NCBI GenBank assembly: GCA_900088475.1
Contig: FLMG01002851.1
Coordinates: 1 to 64,000 of the forward strand
Length of the DNA stretch: 64,000 nucleotides
Direction of reading: 5' to 3'
Source: Hyphochytrium catenoides
Taxonomy: Eukaryota; Protista; Hyphochytriomycota
Part shown: positions 1 to 13,271 of the stretch, piece after piece
How the letters are laid out: each line of letters opens with the position of its first letter
Position numbering within the stretch: the first letter of the stretch is position 1
Notes under the pieces: generated by a model
Told to the model about the DNA's origin: nothing
Seen by the model: only the letters and a program-made list of their open reading frames with translations
Databases searched by the model: none
Position numbers and translations under genes: made by a program

Positions 1-1202
1 GCCTGCTGCCCTGGAAGTATCATCTCCCCGCAGAAGCCGGAGCCAAAAGACAAAGGACGCCGAGAGTTCGAGAGGAAGACTATTGAAGTTTTTGTCCTCC
101 CGTTTGATAGTCTCTCATTCCTGTTAACTACTCTGTACGACGTCCCATCTTTTATCTCCTTCATTTCCTGGCGCTCCTTCCTCTCTCAGTCTTTATCCTA
201 GGTAGAGCGAGAGTGTTTTCCATCAATGACAAGCAGCTTAATAGCTTCAGGGTATGAGCGTGGTGACTCTGTTGAGCTGAAACGGTAGTCGGTTAAGACG
301 GACTCATAGAAGAGTAGGAGTAGGAAGTTGATAGAAGAAGGAGGAGGAGCCATCCATTACTATGTCAGAGCTACAGCACAGTCGCACACTGGAAACTACA
401 TATGCTTCTCCCTCCTCCTAGGCCTACTAGAAGTTGAGAGAGAGACGCCGCCACGGTCTTTTCATCGGTTACGTCTTCTTGACCCGGGAAACATCCCCAG
501 GCGTCTCCTCATGATCTTGCCAGTTGATAGGCGTTCACGACAACAGAGATATGCTCCTAAAAGACTAAGATGTGATAGAAGTGTGACTGTTGCTTGAATG
601 AGATAGGAACTCTTTAGGGGTCAGCAAGGAAGAGCAATAGCAGAAGAAGAGAAGAGAAGAAGAGGGACGCACGCACAGGAGGAGGAGGAGGAAGGGTAGC
701 TAGAAAGAGAGGACTGCTTTCTCGTCAGAAGAGTTAGAGGACGGAGGCTACCTAATAATAGAAGAGAGTAGGAAGCGCTGGGCAATAACGGGTCATTCTC
801 CTACTGGTAACGGCACATCCGTAACGACACTAGTAGGAGAACTACTACCCAGTTCCTCATGGCAGGACCATGATGAGGATAATCCAGATGAGAGTGGAGC
901 TTGAGCCAGGCAGCGGAGAGGCGGAGGAGGAGAGGGAAGACCTCCAGGTAGCTGCCTTGCGTCATCATGCGCTCGCGGCGGCGGCAGTGCACTGCTACTC
1001 AGTCCGTTATTCTTACCAACCAGTAGTAGTAGTAGTGCCCCAGCTCTAGGCAATAACGGACGAGAGCAGCGATTATCCGTCTACAGTTATCAGTATGTAA
1101 GAGGGTAGATAACCGAATTGCACCGCTTCATGTCTTGATGCTGTTGAGATACAGAATACAGAGCAAAGGAAACGGCCTTTTTCTTGTGCCTATCCATCCT
1201 CT

Positions 1203-1204
<2 letters not shown>

Positions 1205-1252
<48 letters not shown>

Positions 1253-1330
1253 TCTCTCTCGCTCTCTCTCGCTCTCTTCTTTCTCTCTCTCAACTCTCTC
1301 TCGCTCGCTCTCTCTCGCTTCACTCTCTCC
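1205..1330. repeat. (CT)n microsatellite with internal duplication
   Basis: Seen directly: ctctct tracts with a repeated caactctctc unit. Confidence 0.95.
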
Positions 1331-1770
1331 TGCAGAACTCTGCCTATAGTTCTATCTCATCCTCTTGCAGTAGGTCTTGTCTCTTTCCTCGTTGCATCAT
1401 CTTCATTGTCATCGATCCCCTTCGTTCTATCTCGTGCTCAAAGGAGAGGGAAGATTATCGCCCTACCGCCTGGGGTGGCTGCCACAGAGAGATCCTGGAC
1501 CTCTCAATAATTCGTGGACCTCTTACTATGCCTCAGGGCTCGCCGTGACAGAGTCTTCATAGACATCGCGGAGCGACCTGCACTGTCGATGGCGAGGTGC
1601 ATTCCTTGCCGTCCGCGCGGCCGACCGGCGCCCGATCCAAAGCATAACTCTCTGACAGTGACAGCGGAGCCCAGGCTCAACGCTCAGGCCGCCATCCCAA
1701 ATGGGGCGGACGGCCAATCGACGGCGTAAGTAACACCTTTGCTTCCCCTCTGCTGGCCACAATCACATAG

Positions 1771-2235
1771 CTCACATCCACTGGAGATGCTAGACTCTTA
1801 GATGACGAAGAGAAGCTGGAGGAAGAAGGAGCGGAAGACAAGGAAGCGTCTCACAGCTCGAAGAAGGAAGACTCGCTGAGCTCTCTTTCTCTCTGGAGCA
1901 GACGTGGACACTCCGTGAACCTTCATTCTTACAGCTCAGCCTCTAAAGCTTATCAAGAGACGAAGATTGGCGGCCATGCTCTAGATCATCGCCTTTTGTT
2001 TCGGCCCGCCCGCAGCCTGCAGAATTCTCTGTCAAACGCTGCGCAACGATACGGCCGAGACGTTGGGAAGTTCAGAGACAGCAGCAGGAGCCATAGGTTC
2101 GTCTACTGGGGCGCTCGAGATGCCAAGAAAGAGTATAATCCGACGAAGATCGGAGGCCATGCCTTTGACCACATTCGTTTCCTTGGAAGAGGGAGGCCAT
2201 CTCGGCCCACCCTGGTGCCTGGAGCGGTAATCAAG
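1771..2235 (+). CDS. Coding exon of unknown function with a duplicated TKIGGHA(L/F)DH motif; may be an upstream exon of the RING-kinase gene
   Basis: Open frame from a possible acceptor (catag|1771) to a phase-0 donor (aag|gtgagc at 2235). Two motif copies (1960-1989, 2143-2172) differ almost only at synonymous positions. The 5' end is unresolved. Confidence 0.5.
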
Positions 2236-2322
2236 GTGAGCATTTCAACTTTTCCTTCGTAGAAGACGGAGGGTCGCAGCCAAATAGAGAACACATTCTC
2301 ATGAAGAGAGCGAGAGGCAGGC

Positions 2323-2376
2323 AGACAGAGAGAGAGAGAATAGAGAGAGGCAGACAGAGAGACAGAGGGAACATAT

Positions 2377-2424
<48 letters not shown>

Positions 2425-2430
2425 GAGAGA
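2323..2430. repeat. (GA)n microsatellite
   Basis: Seen directly. Confidence 0.95.
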
Positions 2431-2432
2431 GC

Positions 2433-5400
2433 ATGGTAGTTGCGGAACAGCCTCCGATGGCTCATGACAATGAACTGCCTTTCCCTTTGTCTCCGACGCA
2501 GTATTCGAAAGGTCTTGGGACCCTGAAGCGGTCACCACAGAGCTTAGAAGGGCTAAACCTCGTGCACCTTCCTGTGAACCTCGTCATCGAGCGCTTCACC
2601 TGTGGCATCTGCCGTCTGATTCTTCACGGTAGGGCTTCCTCTGCCCTACTCTGCTCTCGGCCATGAGAACACTCGGCGCTATCGAAGTGTGCTCCTAGCC
2701 TCTGCCTTTGGTGCCACTTTCGATCCTGACACCCTCGCTCTGGTTTGCTCTTCAGTATCTCATCCCACGCCACCGACCGCTATGGCATTACGGGTCTGCT
2801 TGTGACACGCAAATCGTTGTCTTCCTCTTGCCAGATCTGTTTCATCTCTTGTCTTTCTCTTTCCCTCTATGATTCTACGCTTTCTCTTCTCCATTTCCTC
2901 TTGGCTCATGTTTTCACCGTCCACCCTTTGGTCTTTGCAGAGCCCAGGCGCCTTCTGGCTTGCAATCATGCCTTCTGCAGGCAGTGCTTGCTGACTGGAG
3001 GCTTCTCTCCAGTGATAGCCGGAGGGCGAGGGGACGATGCCAGAAGGCTTGAGTTCCCATTGCCTGAGAGCCAGTTGTGTCCAACCTGCGGGAGCCCTAT
3101 CGTCCCTCAGCTAGAGACCGGAGCCTGGATGGCGAGGATGCCACTGCTGGAGGCGTTCATGAGCCGTGAGTTCGGAGTCTCGGCCATAAGACAGGTCAGC
3201 ATGCAGATCAAGGCCGAAAGTCCCTTAGAGTAGGAACCATGGGGAGCCTCTTAGGGAGAGAGGTGGAGGGCATCAATAGGGGCGAAGAGAGTTGTGAGCT
3301 TTTCTGTCAAGGTGCTTGTATAAGGGCGGCGTGTATCCGCTTCGGTGAGAGAAAGAGTAAGAAGAAAGAGAAAGAGAGAGGGAGAGGGAGAGAAAGAGAG
3401 AGAGAGAAAAAGAGAGCGAGAGAAAGATGAAGGGCGACGATGGTCAAACTACTGAGAGAACCTCTGTGGCTAAAAGTTAAGGACTGTTGAAGCTCTGACA
3501 CAACCTACATGCTCTTCTCCAGCCCAGCCGCCGCAGCAACATGTTAGCAGATGACGGTAGCTGTGTTAACTATCTACCACAGCGAGGCAGCGAGCACGTC
3601 GATGAAGAATCTGCCCGCCTGGGTCGCGCCGGCCGGAGACTACTGGCGGCAATAGGCCAGCTACACCCTCAAGGGACTGATGGCATTGTGGAGCACCAGG
3701 TGGAAGAAGCTGACGACAGAGTCAGCGACGTAGGAGAAGAAGGAGAGGTGGACAGCGCTACCCCTTCAAAAAGAAGTAGGAAGTGGCCTCGGACCGCCAT
3801 GCTAGCGACTGCGTGCCTCCTCCTTCCAAAAATTGTAAGGACCTTTGGCCCGGTGGATGAAGACATCGTGGATGAGCCTCAGAGGGCAGGGGACTCTCTA
3901 CTCAATGATCAGCAAACATCCCCAGCGTCTCCCTCCAGCGTCAATGCCCCGAGCTCCCTGCGGAAACCCAAGACTATGGTTACACCTTCCCAGACATGTG
4001 GCAGGACGAACAGCGCAGTAGAAGCACTTCCTGAGGGCTTACAACCTCTTCCAGCTGTTCCGGACCAAGAAGCGGCGGCTTCCTGGCGGAATCTCGTTTC
4101 TCAGCTCCATCCCAGTTCCATCCTGCGACAGTTCTCTTGTCTCCGCACGTTAGGGCAGGGAAACTTCTCTACAGTCCGGCTGATGAGAAGGTAAACCTTT
4201 GCCCTGGCAGAGCTTGCTGCTGGCTGTCGCCTCTTGAAGTCTGTCACGTTGCCATCTTCTTTGCCTGCCGTCCATCCTACGAGCTTCTTCCCTTCAGCGC
4301 GTCCGTTACCACTGATCATGCCTTGAGATAGGGCTGGGAAACTTTGTACGTTGAAGGAGAGTTTGAGAATCAAAGAGGCCATGCATGAGGCCAAGCTGCT
4401 GACTACCATCCACTCCTCTAATGTGGTCTCTTTGCAGGATTTCTTCATAGAAGAGGTAAAAGCCCCTTGCCTTGAGTTCCTTCGAGCTCTTGAGTTCGGA
4501 ATCTGTTCCTCATGTCCTCGATTGTTCATCAACTCTATCTTAAACACATGTCGTCCGCCTTACACTGTCTTCATATTTGTCTTCCTTTCTTGTCTTCCTC
4601 TAGCTTCTAAATCTTCAGCAGGCAGTTAAATGGTAACTCTTCTTGCCCACAGGTGGCTGGCACTCCTCGCTCCTATCTTCAGCAAGAGTATTGCAATGCT
4701 GGAGACCTGGAGCGCTTCATTCTCAGAGCGCAACGGCTCGATGAGAATAGAATTGCTTCAGTTGTCATTCAGCTTGCGCGCGGCTTGCAAGGTGCGCTTG
4801 TCATCTCTACATTTTGGAAGACTCAGCGAAAGTCAGCCGCGGACTGATCTTGGCTAGACGCGTGTTCTCTATCTCTCTTCTGGTCCTATCTATCCCTTTT
4901 TTTTCTGTGTAACTCATTCGTCTGGTATCTGTCTCTCTGAATCTCGTCCATACTTCTGCAGCTATTCATGAGGCGCATATCATCCATTGCGACTTGAAGC
5001 CTTCAAATATCCTTCTCACATCCGAAGGCATAGTCAAGATCTCTGACTTCGGCGTCTCTAAGGAGCTACTGCCAAGCCGGTTGGGGACCATCCATCCAGC
5101 CGGCACGCTTGCGTTCATGGCTCCTGAGGTCAAACGGTTCCTCTTAGGAGAGCCTGTCAAGTTTGATAGGAGAGCCGGTAGGTGGACGGTAACTTTCAAC
5201 CTCGGTCTCTAGCCCTGTACTGCTCTCCTTAAGCGTGCTGAGAAGGACAGATGGGCAACAAGGCAGGCCCTTTGCAGTGGACCATCCTCTCTAGGGCAGC
5301 GCACTACGGTTTAGGAGTACTCCCTGCCTAACTTCTTTCTCTTTCTCGCCTTCAAAACCTCCTTGCTCTCGCCCTTATAGACATCTGGTCGTTAGGGGCA

Positions 5401-5709
5401 GTCGCGTACGTGATGGCCACGGGTAACGTGGAACCAAACTTCAACAATCGGCCAGGTAAGGATGTTTAGTGAGCTATGTTTTACAGCGCTTCCTCTTTAG
5501 ACCTGACAAGTTATGTTCTCTATATAGTTGCCGAGCTGGTGGAGGATGTGATCGAGGCCCTAGGCCCCGGAATCGTCGCAAAGGTCGTAGGCGGGATGCT
5601 GCAAGCGGCCCCGGATGTGCGGATGACCCTCAGCGACGTGCATTTGTTACTCAGTCGAAACACAGACGGCTCTGTCACTGACGTCAGTGGGCGCCGAGCC
5701 AACCTCTGA
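2433..5709 (+). CDS. RING-finger (C3HC4) plus Ser/Thr protein kinase fusion, NEK/STE-like and non-RD; about 8 exons
   Basis: Spliced RING CGIC..LH|[16 protein letters not shown]...CPTC (about 2598-3089). Kinase motifs [51 protein letters not shown] and DIWSLG are joined in frame through GT-AG introns. The true start may lie further upstream. Confidence 0.8.
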
Positions 5710-6253
5710 ACGAGTCCTGGCGGCGCTATAGTGAGCAACGAATCCTGGGCCATCTTTGTATATATTTAAGGGCCGAACACCGGCATAGAATTTCTTGATG
5801 GCCCGCACATGGACCTCGGACACTGAGTGCCAGCAGGAGGTAAAGGACCTCGTCGTGTTAATGGACGGCCCGCAGGTCACTGTCAGCCGTGGCGATGAAG
5901 GGTAGGTCCCAGCGACGGACACCAGATAATTGCGTTCTGAGGGCTGAGCGCCGCCTTTCGCGCTATAGCGGGTGGTATACGACCTTGCCAGAGTAATAAG
6001 ACACTCAGGGAGGGACGGCGATGGTACTATGAGTTAGTAAGGGAGAGACGGCGGACATAGGACAGCTGAGCACATGTATATAGAGACGCACACATGACGC
6101 CGGAGGCTGTAGACCTTACATCTTGTACAGAGCCAATACTATGTATATGTACATCATTTAGACAGAGTGAGGGCACAACAGGTCCAAGTACAGAGCAAGA
6201 ATATCACTATCTATATCGCTAACATTGCTAACGCCAGAAGGGCACCACCGCCA

Positions 6254-9200
6254 CTACCGCCACCCTAGCGCCTGATCCTGCGTCAGAGCTTTGCGTACGG
6301 CATGGCTAGGGCTAGCCATATGCAGCAGCTGCAGCGTGTAGTCCTGCTTGATAACCGCCAGCAACCTTTGCCGAATGTCCTCAAAGAAGCGCTTGAACTC
6401 AAAGATGTCCAGCTGCAAATGAGAAGACAACCCTTAGCCGTCTGGCACAGATTTTGCATAGAGAAAGAAGTTCGCGGAGCAGAAATAAACAGCGTAATTT
6501 GTCTAAGAGCAGGCCACAAAAGAAGAAGAAGAGCACGCGGCTCACCTGTCCTCTCTGGAACTCTACCATGTACAGGTTGCTGCTCATCAAGAAGACCTGC
6601 ACCGTGCACACACGGACTCCCCCACGGAACACCTAGTAGACGTAGGACTTAGTTAAGCTCAACTCGCCCCAGACAAAGGCAAACCTTCAAGGGAAACGAA
6701 CCAACGGCGGAATCGAAACAAAGAGGAGAGCGATGCAATGGAAAGGGAACATCGGCAAGACGGCTCACCTCAAGGCGGTAGTCCTGCCAGTGGGCGTCCA
6801 CCCTCTGGACGATGTTTCTGTAAGGATAGGGCATAGGGTAGGGGTTCTCTTTCACGATCGCTTCAATCTTCTTAAGCACCTCCATAGCAGGCACGGAGGT
6901 CGTGAATCTGGTGGATTTCTTTACCAGATCTTGAAAGGAAGGAGGCAGCTTCGTGGCAAAGTCTTGTGAGCTGCTTGAGCGCTATCAGGAGGGAAAAGGT
7001 GAAGGCATGAAAGAGGTGAACAACGGTAAGACTGAGAGAAGAGTTGAGAAATGAGGAGGCTACTCATCAGCACTCCTTACCAGTCGAGCGAACCTAGAGC
7101 CAGGGCCGCCCCAAGAAGTTTGCCGCTCCAGCGCCACGCCCAGTCCTCGCCCATCATTTCTAGTCGTGGCTGGTGCCCGAGTACCTGACAGCATAAGTGG
7201 TTCGACGTCTGTCACCACTTGCAAGGCCGCGAGAGGCGGAGACTCGAAGATCCCATAGTCCTTGAACGAGGGTCTTCTCTCTCCATGGCTCTCTCTCTTC
7301 ACTTCTTCTCCAGTCAGCGCCAGAGCCTCGAGCTCTCCTCTGATGGTCAAGAGAGATGAGTCCTGTCCTCTCTGAGCTGACCTGCTGGCCTCTTCTTTTG
7401 CCTCCGACAGCGTGCAGAGAGCCACCATACGGTTACCGGAGCTTGAGGAAGGGAGCGGTGGCCGTGATGAGGAAGAAATATTTACCAACGGCGACGCACT
7501 CTCAGGTGCTGACGCCGAACTGGGACCGGGAGAGTTCGGCTGCCTGGCGGCAGGACTGACTAGATTAAGCGTGGGCACTTCTACGAGGGCAGAGTCAAAC
7601 AGTTTGTGGGACAGGGAACACTGTTCAAGGTCTAAGAAAGGGGACTGTTCGCTCACTGGAGCGAGGGTGGTGCCTAACGAGTGGCGTGGAGAGGCAATGT
7701 GCGTGATGTAACCGGTCGATAGGTCTCCTAGGCCGGTCAGATCAACGCTGGGGGCGCCAGTATTTGACTCTTTCGCTTTCTGGCACCGCTTCTCATTGTC
7801 CTCGAGCCACGGATGTTGCTGGGCCTCCCTGACCGAGAGCCTCTCCGAGGGCTCTGGGTGAAGCATCAGAGCTATCAAAGACTTGGCCTCCTGTGTAAAG
7901 GTATTTGGAAAGAGCCAATCCGGGTACTCATCGTCCATTGGAGGGTCCAGGGGTGGACAGTCGTCCGGAGAGATATTTGTCAGTTGATTCTGCTGCTGGA
8001 CTCGAACTCTCTGCCTTGGATTGTGCCTGTCTTTGCCCCTTACGGTCATCCATTTGCTGAACTTCTGGAAGCGCAAGCAGTTGAGCAGATCCTTGCCGAA
8101 GGGAAGATTGCCAGCGAGCATCGCGTACAATATGACGCCAATGGACCAGACGTCTGCCTTCCGCCCATCGTAGCCCTTCCCATTGTCCTCCAGTACCTCT
8201 GGGGCCACATAATGTGGCGAACCTGACGCACCTAACAGTCAGTCTTCATTGTCACAAAAGAAGAAGCATGGGAGCTCAACGAGTTGGCCATATAGCAGGA
8301 AGACGTGGACAAGCTAGCCATTAGGGAAGAGCAAGCTTAAAAAGAGGGCACTTAGTCTGGCCGTCAACAGAGTCATCCAGTCTATCCTTCCAAAAGCTGG
8401 TGGACGCCTTACCTACGACTGACTTCAGTCTCTTCACATTAGGCTGTTTCCTCCGCCCGCCAATCTCTTCCTCGCCTCGGTCAGCAGAAGGATCCAAGGA
8501 GCCATCAGCGAACAATGCTGAGAGGCCAAAGTCTGCAATCTTTAGTGTCGCGCCGTCTTCTGCGTCTGCTAACAGGAGATTCTCTGGCTTCAGGTCTCTA
8601 TGACACACTCCAGCTTCGTGAAGAAAGGCCAGCCCAGACAGAAGCTGGGCAAAGTAACCCTTGGCTATCACCTCCTCTGTGCCACAATCTATCTTTATCC
8701 TGAAGAGACAGCATTTAGTCGACGCCGCTATCTTTCCATCTCTGTGCAGAGAGCTCCGCGTTCACACTTTCTCCTGCTACAGCTATTCCATCAAGATGTC
8801 CTTCAGGGTTAGAGCCTGAAGCGCTCTCTACTTATCGCGGCAAGATATCTTCTTCAGCTGTGTCGCCTTCTGTCGCTCCCTGCCCCGTCTTATTGATGGT
8901 GGACAACTTACCTATCGAATAGCTCTCCGCCGGAAGCAAGCTCTAATACTAGGAAGAGAGTCAGCTTGGTTCCTTGGACAAACTCTAAGACTTCTTCTAA
9001 CTGCAGCACGTTCTCGTGGTAACCCAGGGAGGACATGTTGATGATCTCTCTATATATGGAGCGGAGAGATCTCAGGAACTTGATATACTTGAGAGGCACG
9101 CGGGGCACAATGTAGGTGTATCCTTGGACAGATATTTCCTCAGCTGCACAGCGAGGAGTCAATACGACCAACAGCGTAGGTTAGCAGGAGAGCTTGCCAA

Positions 9201-10101
9201 AGAAAACTAGGCGAGAGAGGCACACACCTAGCCAAAGCTTGGCAGGATTGATAGATGCAGAGAGAAGACAAAGTAAGCACCAGAGAGGAAGTCAGAGTGA
9301 AAGAGAGACCCTGCGATAGAGAGGGAACTGCGCGTGAAAGCTTACTCTTGCCAGTTTCCTGGGCGTCTGTTCCCCATATCTCTATGCATTTGGGCAAGGG
9401 CAGCTCCTTGACACAGCCGCTTTCATCCTCATAGGCCGCCAACATCACCTTACTCTGTTGCTGAGCCAGCCACCACACATTCCTGCAGCAACCAACAATG
9501 CATACAATCCAAGCTGTCAGATCAGGTTTCCACTTCGCCACAGCAGATTGTATTAGACTTGTACCTCTGCTGCAGGGGGACGGAAGGGTCTGCACGTTCC
9601 CCACGCTTGACGACGATGCAGCGCTGGAGCTGTGCATTTGGGAGCAGTCTATAGCCTAGCGGATTGATGATCTTGATGGCAACATGCTGGAAGCCGGAGA
9701 GAGAGAGAGAAAGAGAGAGAGAGGGAGAAAGTGCAGGATGGAAGGCCGCGTCAGCAGTTGTTACTTCAAGAAGGGATAAAAGGTCGTGCTCACCTTTCGC
9801 GTCTTGAGCAAAACGGCCTCATACACGCTGCCAGGCAACAGAATAGAGGAAGAAAGAAAGGATGCAGATGTGAATAGCACTGGAACAAGATCAGCCCTAG
9901 GAACCCTTAGAATCCGACTTACACGCCTGCCGCGCCACCACCTAGGAAGTTGCCTAACTCATAGTAAGGCTGGTCATCGACGGAGAGCGTCTGGCCATCA
10001 TAGCGGTCCACCTGAAGCTTCCGGAGGCAACCCAAGCCGTCGGACGGCATCCTGGCCGCGGCTGCTTGTTGGGAGGAGAGAACGTCGTCAGGCAAAGTCA
10101 T
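6254..10101 (-). CDS. CAMK-group (CIPK/SnRK3/Chk1-like) Ser/Thr kinase with a C-terminal KA1/PPI-like domain; multi-exon
   Basis: [79 protein letters not shown]-terminal [14 protein letters not shown]...[19 protein letters not shown]. Confidence 0.85.
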
Positions 10102-10978
10102 ATATCCCGTCAGCAAGGTTCTTGGGATAAAAGCAACTGAGCTACAGGTCGGGCAGCGAAGGTACACTCACATGCCAGAACTTATTACGGCCTGTTTCCA
10201 AGCTAGCCGACCCTAGGGCTTCGCGATCTAGCAGTCTATTTCTCTGGACCTATGAGGGTTGCAGAAGAGGTCGCTCTCATGACGCCGCCGACAGAGAGGA
10301 GTTGGTCTGAGTAAGGACCTCGCAAGCGAGATGAACTCTGCGTCCGATCCGCCGCTTTACACCCAGCTCTCTACATCATAGAACAAACAGGGCAAAGTCC
10401 ATCTTTAACCTACGAGAGCTTGAGAGTCAAGCTGAAGAGATCTCACCCGGCCAGGGCAAGGGAGACAGAGACGATCCTCGGCCTGTCAGTGGTCCAAATT
10501 TGGTCGCCTACCGGTTCAAAGTCGACGCCTGCCCTGAGGCTAGCAGCTAATGTCCCCGATGGGACCAGCTTCGCCTGGAACTCCACAATCCTTGAGCTTC
10601 TGGCAGCCAATCGAAGGGACACGTCCGTCTCAGGACGCCGCAGGGTCTCTTTTCTCACGCCTCTGCTGTACAAAGAGCCCTAGCTCCTCGGTGCACTGCC
10701 AACAAGATAAGCTCTAGTGGCTCCTGGACCTTCTTTGATCTGTTTCTACCCCGTCGGCAGCATCACATTCCAAGGCCTGGGAGAGCTGTGAAGTGCCTCG
10801 ATATCCCTCGCATGGCGGGCGCCTGGGCTGTCCGATGGAGAGTAGAAAGGGAGAGAGATGATGGTTGAAGGAGGGAGAGAGGAGAGAGAAAGCGAAGAGG
10901 AGAGGGAGGAAAAGAGGTAGGTAGCTAGGCGCTGGAAACGGTGGGGTCGAGCTCTTGCTGCCGCTGCTGATGTCAGCA

Positions 10979-11009
<31 letters not shown>

Positions 11010-11068
11010 TTGTCCTGGTGTCCCATTCTCTTCAAAGTAGCAACACAAGAAAGAGGGAGAGAGGGAGG

Positions 11069-11106
<38 letters not shown>

Positions 11107-11107
11107 G
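10979..11107. repeat. (CT)n followed by (GA)n microsatellite, ending at an nn scaffold join
   Basis: Seen directly. The two tracts are mutually complementary. Confidence 0.9.
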
Positions 11108-11814
11108 NNCATTCCTACGCCGATTACACAGTACCTCTCCAGTTTTCCGAAGTCCTCCCCTCACTGCTCCTTGTTGCGAGCAGTGGAGGGCCCTGTGTAG
11201 TAGTATGACCCTTCATTGATGGTCAAATGCCTTCATTAGAGGAGTAATCAAGTGGCATAGTAATGCCCTTTGCTTGTGGTTGTTACTCTTGGACTTTCAC
11301 TCACAAGAAATTTATTGAAAGAAGCCCCATTGCAAGAAACGTGCAGTAGTAATATGCGCCACATGCTGTAGTAGTACGCAACCCCATCAGAGTTTTTTTA
11401 TATAGAAAGGCTGAAGTAGTAGTATTTAAGGCTACACCTTGGTAATGACTAACGCTACGGAAACCTGATTTACAATGGGGACGCCTAAACGTACGTCGAT
11501 GTTCATCATGTACATCGCCCAGCGGATACTGCAGGGATCATTATCACGATTACCAGACTTTAGATAGAATTTATGATTCTTTCTCAAGTGATTCTAGAGA
11601 TTGATGGTTGGGTGACAGGAAGATGAGAAGCAGCATCAAGAGCTTTTCTTCGTTCTGTCAATCTTCCGCTGCAGAACCACCGTCAGCAGATCCGTTTCTC
11701 ACCAGGCTTCAGAGATCGAGGCACCGGCTGCACGGCGGCTCTAGCATCATAGCGACGCTGCGAGGAGAGAAGGTGTCAGCTTCTTGGTAGAGCTCACACG
11801 TCTAAGCTATAAAG

Positions 11815-13136
11815 ATGTCCCTTAGAAGGAACATTCGCTTGCGGCGGGAGTATTTATATAGAAAGGGCCTGGAGGGCAAGGAAAAGGCAGTTTATGAACG
11901 GAAGCGGAAGCTCAAGGAGGCACTTAGAGGTAAACACGTTGCAAGTCGTTTCTTTCTTAACGTTATTTTAAAGGGGATTGTTAGATGGTAAGGCGATACC
12001 GACGGAGTTGCGCAACGAGGCAGCCGCTCTGCAAGGGGAGTTAGACCTGGACGACGATCAAAATATTGTACCCAGGGTAAGACCTTTTCGCCTTTGATGA
12101 CGATCGACCCCCTACTCAGTAGCTAACTCGACCGATGAAGACGCATGTGGACGATGAGTACGCCAATGCAGGCCTGTTCGACCCAAAAATAGCAGTCACT
12201 ACGTCACGTGACCCCAGTAATAGGTTAAAACAGTTCGCAAAGGTAGGTTCACTCTCGGCCCAAGTGAAAGGTTCCCCATCAGCCGAAGTGAACCTTACGG
12301 TTGCATGTTGACTGCTAGGAGATACGGTTAATATTTCCGAACTCACAGCGGCTAAATAGAGGCAATGCCAAGATAGACGAGGTGAGGAGGGTTGCTATTC
12401 TCTCAACTCTGTCTGACGACGAGGCTGACCGAACTACTTCCTCCGCTGCAGCTGGTTGAGGCAGCACGAAATAACGAGTTCACAGACCTAATCGTTCTCC
12501 ATGAGACTCGGGGAGAACCAGACGCGATGGTCGTAACACATCTTCCTTATGGGCCCACTGCATATTTCTCCTTGTCCAATTGTGTTCTACGACATGATAT
12601 AGAAAATAGGGTAAGGACATGAATGCCTTCAAGATGACACCCGGAACTTTGACCATGACCTCCACAGGCTACCATGTCTGAGGCATATCCGCATATCATA
12701 ACTAACAACTTTACTAGTGCATTGGTAAGCTTTGTTTCACTCTAAGCTCTAAAGGCGCTGGCTAATGCGCTCCCATCCGCAATCGCAACTTAGGGCGCTC
12801 GTGTGGCAAACGTTCTCAAGCACTTGTTTCCCGTCCCGAAAGATGAATCAAAGAGGGTTATCACCTTTCAAAACGAGGACGACTACATCTCCTTCAGGCA
12901 CCACGTCTTCAAAAAGGAGGGCAGAGAAGTTGAGCTCCAAGAGGTGGGAACGCGTCCCTTGACTCCTCTGCATTCTGATGATGGCGTCTCATCGTTCCTG
13001 CTAGGTCGGTCCTCGCTTTGAGATGCAGATCTACCAGTTGAAGCTTGGAACTATGGACCAGAAGACAGCAGAGAATGAATGGGTGCTGCGGCCCTACATG
13101 AACACCGCAAAGAAGCAGCGAAACCTAGCGGAGTAA
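11815..13136 (+). CDS. IMP4: U3 snoRNP protein IMP4 (Brix domain); multi-exon
   Basis: [114 protein letters not shown]-stop. Confidence 0.95.
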
Positions 13137-13271
13137 GGCATGGCAACTCAGCCAGGTTCCGCCACGAGCAGCTATACTCCTGTACATAATAAATTTGTAG
13201 CTATACCAAGCACAGATCGTCCGTCGAGAACAAGCATGTGGCTTCCGCCTCCGCCAAGTCAAAACGTCCAC

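Noticed and set aside
1-1080. Possible minus-strand gene fragment at the window start
   Set aside because: Splice-like signals exist, but I could not build a consistent reading frame or recognise a domain.
1090-1548. ORFs encoding RERERE or SLSLSL runs (also near 2103-2538, 10955-11219, 23018-23324, 27750-28060)
   Set aside because: These are translations of (CT)n/(GA)n microsatellites in introns or intergenic DNA.
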